From NCBI GenBank assembly GCA_024644045.1, contig JAHELT010000005.1:8149-72148 (forward strand): a DNA stretch of 64,000 nt. Reading direction: 5' to 3'. Below, piece after piece: positions 56,968-64,000 of this stretch (within the stretch, counting starts at the first letter, position 1; every line of letters begins with the position of its first letter). A program made the translations under genes and the position numbers. This DNA comes from Chromatiales bacterium. GTDB taxonomy: Bacteria; Pseudomonadota; Gammaproteobacteria; JAHELT01. Below the pieces are notes generated by a model. The model saw only the letters and a list, made by a program, of their open reading frames with translations. It was not told the DNA's origin and ran no database searches.

Positions 56968-58865
56968 CGCTCGCTGCCCTCGCCGCGGGTCTCGTACAGC
57001 AGGTCCAGATTCTGTGCCTGCCCGAACTTGGCGTGCAGCACGTAGCGCCCCAGCCGCTCGCGGTACTGCTGCAACCGTTCGCGCGCCAGCGTTCTCAGCA
57101 CCTGGTTCTGGGCGGCCAGCAGTTGGTCGCTGCGCGCCGTCAGCTCCACGATGCGCGCGCGCAGCCCGGTGACCCGCCCTTCGAACCCGGAGAAGGTCGC
57201 CGGCACGGTGCGGCGTGCTTCGCGCACGCGGTTCGCGAGCCGCTCGGCGCGATCGATCGCCGCATCGACCGCGTTCAGCTCGTTGCGGGAGCGCCAGCTG
57301 TTCGCGGCATAGTCGAAAGCAAGATCCCAGATGAGCAGACCCTTGAGCCGGCTTTGCGTGACGGTGGCTTCCTCTACTTCCGGTGTGAAGGGCAGTTCGT
57401 CCAGCCGCTCCTCGAGCGACGTGACCCTCGCGTACTGGTCCTGTTGCGCGCTCGGCGCAACCGCGACGATGTCCTCGGACTCCAGGAAACTGCGCAAGCG
57501 CTCGCTCAGCTGGGCATGCTGCTCGCGCAATGCGGGAAGGTCGAGGCTTGCCAGCCGCGCGTTCACGGCAGGCAGCACTTTCTCGTAGCGCAAACGCCGC
57601 GTCTCCAGCATGTCGTCGAAGGCGTCCATGCTGTGCAGCGAAGTGGACAGGTTCTCGCGCATCTCGCGCAGGTCCCGGAAATTCTGCAGGGCGCGACGGA
57701 AGCGGTTGCTGGCGAGCAGGGTCACGAAAAACCGCGTCTCGGGAACCGGCTCGGCGCTGGCTCGCCGGTGCGGTCCGGGTTGCAGCGTCTCGGTCTGGGC
57801 AACCAGCGCCTTGATCAGCTCGCCGCTTTCGACGGCAGCCAGCGCGTTGTCGACGCGCCGCTCCTCCTTCACGTAGGTGTTCTCCGCCTCGCGGTACCCC
57901 TCCGCGGCGCGGCCGTGCAGCGCCAGACTGGCGTAGGCGTAGGGAATCGCAAGACCGGCTTCGAGCACCGCGGACTCCGCGGTGTCGCGATCGCGCAGTT
58001 CCTGCCAGGGCACCAGCGCCACGCGGTACTGACCCAGAGCGCTCGCGGCCCAGCCGGCTCCGAGCAGGGCGCGGTTGGAGTACGGTCCCTGCAGGCGAGC
58101 GCTCTCGAGGACCTGCTGCGCCCGCTGCGGGTCGCTCCGCTGCAGGAACTCGTAGCCGAGCGCGAGCCGTGCGCGATCGGCCAGCGCGTCCCGTTCGGCG
58201 GCGCCGGTCACCGGCGCGATCACCTGTGTGAGCGCCTCAACGCCGGCCTGCTGCTGGCCTGAGCGAATCAGGGCAACGCCGCGGTTGTACGCCACGTAGG
58301 GCGCGAACTCAGCGCGGCCCTGCCAGTCTGCGAGCTCTGCGACGGCTTCGTCGAAGCGCTCCTGCTGCATGAGCACCTGGGCAAGCAGCAGCTTGCGCGG
58401 CGCGGCCTCCTCGGGCGAGGCTTCCCGCAACGCGCGGCGCAGCGATTGCTCGGCCTCCTCCAGCCGATTCTGCCGGTACGCGAGCCGCCCCAGCAGGTGC
58501 CAGGCCCGGCGCTGCAGCAGTGGGTCGGCGCGGCGCGCGAGCAGTTCGTCGAACGCTCGCTGCGCGGCCCCGGGCATCCCGTACGCCAGGCTCAACCCCC
58601 CGAGCAGCAGTTGCGCGTCGTCGCGATGATTGGGAAGACGCCCGCCGAAGCGATCGGGCGGCTGCGCCTCGCGGCGCAGCTCGACCAGTGTTCCGACCAG
58701 CGCATGAAAATAATCCTGGGTGTAGAAGTCAAACAGCAGCTCGCCGTACACGGGGTCGCGCACCTCCGCGACGGGCTGCTGCGCACTCGCCGGCGACGCG
58801 ATCATCAGGGCGATCAGAACGCCGCAGCAGATGCCGTGCGCAATACCGGCCGGCCTGGTCACCAT
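56964..58865 (-). CDS. TPR/coiled-coil exported protein (GltC-like)
   Basis: YGELLFDFY, ALLGAGWA, ALVPW, coiled-coil C-terminus. Confidence 0.8.
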   Translation of the reverse strand: MVTRPAGIAHGICCGVLIALMIASPASAQQPVAEVRDPVYGELLFDFYTQDYFHALVGTLVELRREAQPPDRFGGRLPNHRDDAQLLLGGLSLAYGMPGAAQRAFDELLARRADPLLQRRAWHLLGRLAYRQNRLEEAEQSLRRALREASPEEAAPRKLLLAQVLMQQERFDEAVAELADWQGRAEFAPYVAYNRGVALIRSGQQQAGVEALTQVIAPVTGAAERDALADRARLALGYEFLQRSDPQRAQQVLESARLQGPYSNRALLGAGWAASALGQYRVALVPWQELRDRDTAESAVLEAGLAIPYAYASLALHGRAAEGYREAENTYVKEERRVDNALAAVESGELIKALVAQTETLQPGPHRRASAEPVPETRFFVTLLASNRFRRALQNFRDLREMRENLSTSLHSMDAFDDMLETRRLRYEKVLPAVNARLASLDLPALREQHAQLSERLRSFLESEDIVAVAPSAQQDQYARVTSLEERLDELPFTPEVEEATVTQSRLKGLLIWDLAFDYAANSWRSRNELNAVDAAIDRAERLANRVREARRTVPATFSGFEGRVTGLRARIVELTARSDQLLAAQNQVLRTLARERLQQYRERLGRYVLHAKFGQAQNLDLLYETRGEGSER

Positions 58866-59377
58866 TCGCGAATAGAAAACTCTGGCTGCAGTTTACTGGT
58901 ACGGTCCTCGATACGCAGCTCGACGAACTGCGGTCCGACGTCCTTGACGATCAGCTTGGTGGCGCCGCGCCTGTAGTCGCGCCCGTTGGGACCCTTGCCG
59001 GTGAACAGCGCAACGATTTCATGCTCACCGACACGGACGTTACCGGTATAGAGGCGGTGCACGCCGCCGCGGTGCAGGGCGTCCACCTGCCGATTGGTGT
59101 ACAGGTAATTGGCCACTTCCTTGTCGTCGATCTTCAGCTGAATCGAATCGAGCTCGAAAAACGCGCCGACGTCCATGGACACGAACACGGCCAGCTGGGT
59201 GCTGGACGGGTACAGCAGCTCCTCTTCGAGCAGGAAGAGATCACGATTGAGCTCGAGTATCTCCTGCTTGAGCGTCTCGATGTTCTGGTCGAGACGTTCC
59301 ACAGGTGCAGCTTTCTGTGCGACCGCCGGCGCGGCGAACGCGGCCAGCAATAACACCAGACCATACGGCCAACGCAT
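58859..59377 (-). CDS. Conserved exported protein of this cluster
   Basis: Signal peptide, LNRDLFLLEEELLYP, DALHRGGVHRLYTGN. Confidence 0.75.
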   Translation of the reverse strand: MRWPYGLVLLLAAFAAPAVAQKAAPVERLDQNIETLKQEILELNRDLFLLEEELLYPSSTQLAVFVSMDVGAFFELDSIQLKIDDKEVANYLYTNRQVDALHRGGVHRLYTGNVRVGEHEIVALFTGKGPNGRDYRRGATKLIVKDVGPQFVELRIEDRTSKLQPEFSIREW

Positions 59378-59468
59378 CGAAACCCCTTAATTCTTGAGAA
59401 ACCCCTGATTCGCCGTTACGCCGGCAACGCCTTTCAGCAGGCGTCTCGAGTATCGAATCCGGGGTTCG

Positions 59469-60596
59469 TTAATACCAAATGGAAAAATACAGATGCAGGC
59501 TGTCGGCATTGAACGAGTAAGGATTACTGCTGCCGCTGCTCGCGTCTGAATAGTCGTCGTAGTCGTAAGCAATGATCTCATAGGAGAGATTCAACGTGCC
59601 GCGCTTGATGCCGCCGTAGCGCCGAAACACCGGGTAGCTGATGCTCGCACCCAGGGTGTTCGACACGAACGTGCTGAGCTCCTTGTCGCGCGCCATGAAG
59701 TTCAGCTCTTCCTGAAAATCATCGCTGTAGAACGACGCCCGCTCCTGGGTGTAGTGGCGGTAGTACAGATCGACCAGCCAGCCGTTGTGCAGCTGGTTGG
59801 TGTAACCCGCTTCCCAGGTATGCGCCTGGATGTCCCACGAGTCCCAGAAGTAGCGGTAACCGAACAACGTGCTTGCATTCGGTGTCCAGGCCTTCATCGC
59901 GCGCAGCGATACCGCGTTGCTGGTACGCGTTTCCGGGTAGATCTCCGGCCCGGCGAAAACCCCCAGCACCCGCTTCGAGCGGTACGGGCTGCCCAGGAAC
60001 CCTTCGTCGGTGATCGCCTCGTAGTCGAGGTTCATCAGCAACGACCGGCTCAGCACCTGGGAGATGCCCAGAGTGTAGTTGAACCGGTCGATGCTTTCCT
60101 CGAACGTGGTATCCACGCTGCTGCCGACGTTGTCGTCGCCGCGGCCCACGCCCATCTTCAACGTGGTCATACCGCCGAACACCTCGTGGGCGACGCCCAG
60201 CGAGAACATCCGCGCCTCGTAGTCCGTTTCACTGCTCCGCGTGTAGTTCAGGTTCATGATCGAGTTGCCGTACAGGTAGTCGGCACCGAACCCGTACTCG
60301 TCGCGCTCCTCGGCATAGGGGCTCGCGGTCGCCATCACGTCGGGCGAGGCGCCGCTGATCTGGTCGTTGTAAGCGTTCAGCGCGAGCGATACGTCGTTGC
60401 GCACGCCTTTGCGCACCAGAAAGGCAGGCCCGGTGACCTGAACCCCGCCGCCCTCGTAGGCGTGGTACTGCAGGTCCGTGCGCTCCTCCGGCAGGCCGAT
60501 CGCGACCGCGTCCAGCCACACCCCGCTCGCGACGATCAGCGAGACCGTCACGATGCCGCCGCGCAGGCGTGCTACCGTCCTTGATTGCTCTGACAT
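59469..60596 (-). CDS. DUF3570 outer-membrane beta-barrel protein
   Basis: YHAYEGGG, DQISGASPDV..ASPY.E.R, ARDKELST, aromatic C-terminus. Confidence 0.85.
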   Translation of the reverse strand: MSEQSRTVARLRGGIVTVSLIVASGVWLDAVAIGLPEERTDLQYHAYEGGGVQVTGPAFLVRKGVRNDVSLALNAYNDQISGASPDVMATASPYAEERDEYGFGADYLYGNSIMNLNYTRSSETDYEARMFSLGVAHEVFGGMTTLKMGVGRGDDNVGSSVDTTFEESIDRFNYTLGISQVLSRSLLMNLDYEAITDEGFLGSPYRSKRVLGVFAGPEIYPETRTSNAVSLRAMKAWTPNASTLFGYRYFWDSWDIQAHTWEAGYTNQLHNGWLVDLYYRHYTQERASFYSDDFQEELNFMARDKELSTFVSNTLGASISYPVFRRYGGIKRGTLNLSYEIIAYDYDDYSDASSGSSNPYSFNADSLHLYFSIWY

Positions 60597-60826
60597 GTCA
60601 GGTCCCCACAGGCGTATCGCGCTAAAAATCCGACGCCGGGCGCGCAGCCGTGCGGCGCCCGGTGAACATCCGGACGCCGGGTAAATACCCTGTTTTGCTT
60701 GGCCATTCAATACTCTATGCGTGCCATTAACGACGCGGGCGGCCTTGGACGCAGGAATTCAACCGAGAGTTTAGCGTCTTGCAAGCAATTATCAGGCTAA
60801 ATTACTAGACACCGTCCACAAATTTC

Positions 60827-61048
60827 CTAATTGCACCCGCAACCACCCCCGGTCGCGATGCCGCCGCCGCGCGCCGCCTCGCGCGTGGCGTTGACGTGCT
60901 GACGGTAGCGGGCCGACAGCGGATCACGGTCGAAGCGCATGAGGGGCTGTGCGAGCAGCCCGCGCTCGTAGGCCGGGACCCAGGGCCGAATGCCACACCC
61001 CGACAGCGCCGCCAGCAGGATCAAGGCGAGGCTCGAGGTACGTGTCAT
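60827..61048 (-). CDS. DUF4266 small lipoprotein
   Basis: LSGC lipobox, PWVPAYERGLLA, C-terminal GGGCGCN. Confidence 0.9.
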   Translation of the reverse strand: MTRTSSLALILLAALSGCGIRPWVPAYERGLLAQPLMRFDRDPLSARYRQHVNATREAARGGGIATGGGCGCN

Positions 61049-61518
61049 CTGTCCAGCAGCGCCGCAGTGACGGCGCGGTAGTCCGCTTTCAGCGCAGCGG
61101 GGCCCAGGTTCTTTGCCGTGATGCTGCCGTCGCGGTCTACGACCACCACGCCCGGCATTTTCTCGATCTGGTAGCTTTTTACCACGTCGCGCTTCACATC
61201 CAGCAGAATCGGGTAGGAAATCGAGGCGCCTGCGGCGGCCCGCGCGGAGCGGGCATCGAGGTAGTCGACGCTGATGGCGAGGATCTCCAGCCCCTTGCCG
61301 CCGGTCTCGGCGTACAGGTCCTGCAGGTCGTCGAGCAGCTGCGGGCACTCGGGGCACCAGGAGGCCCAGAAGACGACCAGCACGACCTGACCCCGGTACT
61401 CGGACAGGCGCAGGTTCTCACCGCTCACGCTTTTCAGGGCGAAGTCCGGCGCCGGCTCGGGCTGCGCCCGCAGCGACCCCATGCACAACGCGGCCAGTAT
61501 GATCAGCAGCGCGCGCAT
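61045..61518 (-). CDS. TlpA-family thiol:disulfide oxidoreductase
   Basis: APDFAL, FWASWCPEC, cis-Pro MP. Confidence 0.9.
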   Translation of the reverse strand: MRALLIILAALCMGSLRAQPEPAPDFALKSVSGENLRLSEYRGQVVLVVFWASWCPECPQLLDDLQDLYAETGGKGLEILAISVDYLDARSARAAAGASISYPILLDVKRDVVKSYQIEKMPGVVVVDRDGSITAKNLGPAALKADYRAVTAALLDR

Positions 61519-62168
61519 CAGAAGAGGTAGCTCAACGCGCCGGCCAATTCGAGATTGTGGGTCAATTCGTTTCTCCCCAGCAGGTCGGACTCAAACAGAT
61601 AGTTGCGCAGCTCCACGCGCACGATGAAATCTTCGGCGGGCAGCACGCGCACACCCAGACCGACATTGAACGTGAACTGCTCCTCATCGGCGAACTCGGT
61701 CACCCCGATCCCGCCGATGGCGAAAAAGCTGCTGCGCAGCGCCCGGTTTTCGCTCACGAACACCTCACCCGGCAAGAACGCATAGGCCACCGACACGTCG
61801 TAGCGCAGCAAGGCTTCTTCCTGGTCGGCGAAAATCGGCAGACCGAAGCGCCGGTAACGCTCATCGCTCACCGTCGAGGCGGCAACGCCAAGCTCGATGA
61901 AGGCATCGGCGGTGACGTGGTAGGAGAAACGCAACCCGGCAATCAGATTGCTGTCGAACTGCTCGATGCTGAGCAGCCCGAAGGCGATACCCACCTCGAA
62001 ATCGTCGACGTTGATGGCCGGCACGGTTACCTCAGGCCGCTCCACCCGGGGTCGTATCACCTGCTCCTGGTCCGGCTCGGGCTCGAGCACCTGCGCCGCG
62101 GCCAGTCCCCAGCAAAGGCTGGCGGCCGCTACTATACCCCTGCACAGCCTGCGCATGACGCTCCGCAT
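61518..62168 (-). CDS. Outer-membrane beta-barrel protein (GltA/GltH-like)
   Basis: Signal peptide, alternating beta strands, LPGEVF, terminal Phe. Confidence 0.8.
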   Translation of the reverse strand: MRSVMRRLCRGIVAAASLCWGLAAAQVLEPEPDQEQVIRPRVERPEVTVPAINVDDFEVGIAFGLLSIEQFDSNLIAGLRFSYHVTADAFIELGVAASTVSDERYRRFGLPIFADQEEALLRYDVSVAYAFLPGEVFVSENRALRSSFFAIGGIGVTEFADEEQFTFNVGLGVRVLPAEDFIVRVELRNYLFESDLLGRNELTHNLELAGALSYLF

Positions 62169-62911
62169 CAGAAGAAAAACGCCAACCCGATCACGTATTC
62201 CTGAACTTCACTGCTGCGGTCATCGCTCAGCAGCACCACATAGTCGCGGAAATCCGCCCGCACCAGAAAGCGCCGCGTGAGGTAGCTGCGCAGCCCCAGG
62301 CCGGCGTTGATTGCGGTCGCGTTGCTGGTTTCGGCGTTCACCAGCGTGCCCCGCGGCTGGTTCTCGAAGCGCCCCACACCGAGCGTGAAATACGGCACGA
62401 AGGTGCCGCCGGGTATCGGCTGCGACAACAGGTTCAGACGCCACAGCGTGGTGCTCGAAAACGTGCCCGAGATGCGCGACACGCCCAGCTCGACGGTGAA
62501 GTTCTCATGCAGCAGGTAGCCGACGTGAACGGCCATCGCCGGATCGTCCTCGGCCACCCCGGCGGCCATGCCGAACTCCAGCCGGCGGGCCAGAAAGTCA
62601 TCGAGCAGTACGTCGCGAAAACTGGTGCCGACGCCCGCTTCGGTGAGCGTGCGTTCGAGCTGCAGGCGATGCGCCCAGCCTTCGACGCCCCGTTCGGTGC
62701 GGATCTTGAACCAGTCCGTATGCCGCTTGACGATGCGTACCCAGGCGCCCCGTTCGACCACGTGGAACACCGGGTAGGCGTCGCCGAACCCGGTGCGCAT
62801 CTCGATGAACGGATCGGTTATCTGCACGCGCGGCAGGGCGTCCTCGGCGAGCACCGGGACCGGCGCCGCCACCACGATTGCAATCACCAGCCACGGCGTC
62901 AATTCCCGCAA
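62168..62911 (-). CDS. SH3-like domain plus outer-membrane beta-barrel protein
   Basis: PFIEMRTG...YPVFHVVERG...TDWFKIRT...EGW, barrel ending AFFF. Confidence 0.8.
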   Translation of the reverse strand: MRELTPWLVIAIVVAAPVPVLAEDALPRVQITDPFIEMRTGFGDAYPVFHVVERGAWVRIVKRHTDWFKIRTERGVEGWAHRLQLERTLTEAGVGTSFRDVLLDDFLARRLEFGMAAGVAEDDPAMAVHVGYLLHENFTVELGVSRISGTFSSTTLWRLNLLSQPIPGGTFVPYFTLGVGRFENQPRGTLVNAETSNATAINAGLGLRSYLTRRFLVRADFRDYVVLLSDDRSSEVQEYVIGLAFFF

Positions 62912-63441
62912 GTCGAAACATCCGGTGGCGTGCAGCCGCCGCAGCTCGGTGCGTCGCGTGCGGTCACACGCCGGCTTATCCAGTCACGGATCGCGACGTA
63001 ACACGCGTCGGCAGTGTCCGGGAAGATGTCGCCCCCGGTGTGCGTGCCGGAGATCGCAAACACGCCCCGCAACGGCTCCAGCAACAGCTTGCTGTCGGGC
63101 GGCGAGTTGAAATTCGCGAACGCCTTGGCGGAGATGAAGTTGGCGAGGATCTGCTGGTCGAACGTCGGATCCGCGGGGTCCGGATCGGCGAACAGCTTGA
63201 AACCGCCCCCGGAGCCTGTGGTGGAATTATGGCAACCGCTCGCCGAGCAGGTCAGCGGACCGAGGCTGCCGTTAATCGAGGCGTGCAGGATGGGGTCGAT
63301 GCACTGCTGATAGTCCGTCAGGCACAGCGTCTGCGTGTTTGCACCGGTGTTCCCGACGCTGACGGTGTCGCAGGCCGCCAGGCAAACCGTGCCCGCCAGC
63401 GCGGCAATCCGCACAGCAGTTGTGACTTCGTGCAACACCAC
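62899..63441 (-). CDS. Cys-rich lipoprotein with an atypical CX4CH putative heme motif
   Basis: LAAC lipobox, TCSASGCH, SKLLLEPL, HTGG. Confidence 0.65.
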   Translation of the reverse strand: MVLHEVTTAVRIAALAGTVCLAACDTVSVGNTGANTQTLCLTDYQQCIDPILHASINGSLGPLTCSASGCHNSTTGSGGGFKLFADPDPADPTFDQQILANFISAKAFANFNSPPDSKLLLEPLRGVFAISGTHTGGDIFPDTADACYVAIRDWISRRVTARDAPSCGGCTPPDVSTCGN

Positions 63442-63465
63442 CCGCTCGATTGTAGCCGACGCGGG

Positions 63466-64000
63466 TCACGGACAGCCATTCGCCGCGGCCGCGGCATCGA
63501 TCCAGGCGAGCAGCGTTGCGTAGCCGGCGCCGCCCATGGCCAGCACCGGAGCGCCCATGACGCTGGGATGCGGCGGGTTATCGGCTTCCATCGACGCCGG
63601 CCGGCTCACCAGGGCGCTGGCTGCGGCATCGCAGACGTCGTTGACCTGTGCCGACGTCACATTGAAATCGCCGTCCGGGTTGCCCGTCAACACGAACCGG
63701 TTGGCACTGAATCCCGGATTCTGCGCGTTCAGATCGGGCACGCCGTCGATGCTGCCGAAGGCCTGATGGCAACCGGCACAGTCGCTCATCAGAAGCGGGT
63801 GCACGCTCGCGGTGAAGGCCGCCTGACTCAGGCCGGCCACGCTGCCGCGGATCTCGCTCAGCTCGTCGACACCGTTGGCGTTGGCGTCGTCGAACGGATC
63901 GTTGTAGTACTGCGCGCCGATGTCGATCCACTCGGTTACCACGCGCCGCTCGGAGGCGTTCAGCGTATCGGCCCCGAGCGCGGTGTGATCAGTGGCGCCG
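63466..64000 (-). CDS. 3' end of a large exported protein with a c-type heme motif; runs off the right edge
   Basis: Frame open from the edge; ERRVVTEWIDIGAQYYNDPF then AFTASVHPLLMSDCAGCH. Confidence 0.7.
   Translation of the reverse strand, partial: GATDHTALGADTLNASERRVVTEWIDIGAQYYNDPFDDANANGVDELSEIRGSVAGLSQAAFTASVHPLLMSDCAGCHQAFGSIDGVPDLNAQNPGFSANRFVLTGNPDGDFNVTSAQVNDVCDAAASALVSRPASMEADNPPHPSVMGAPVLAMGGAGYATLLAWIDAAAAANGCP

Noticed and set aside
1..64000. CRISPR array, rRNA, integrase, canonical tRNA
   Set aside because: None recognised on reading either strand; a computational scan was not possible

Overview
GC-rich bacterial chromosome segment, most likely from a gammaproteobacterium. 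The left end holds a partial secreted-protein gene, an IS200/RAYT-type Y1 transposase, and a 108-nt tRNA-shaped RNA whose anticodon arm is replaced by a long hairpin. Next to these is a two-gene NLR-like module: a small Bell/HeLo-like helical protein ending in a two-fold beta pseudo-repeat, and a 1429-aa STAND NTPase with helical repeats that carries a matching motif inside its NTPase domain. The middle (6.7-49.9 kb) is mostly accessory metabolism: methylamine/betaine enzymes, dehydrogenases, GSTs, NAD salvage, a glutamine-synthetase-family enzyme, an S8 protease with a stand-alone propeptide paralogue, and a divergent ArgF. It also contains several decayed gene remnants and a regulatory cassette (tandem-HTH regulator, operator palindrome, leaderless uORF, attenuator, structured RNA, DUF1127 gene). 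The right end (50.4-64 kb, minus strand) is an Agl/Glt-like TonB/ExbBD-TPR-beta-barrel envelope cluster joined to DUF3570/DUF4266/TlpA and putative c-type cytochrome genes. All family assignments come from motif recognition by eye; no database searches were run.
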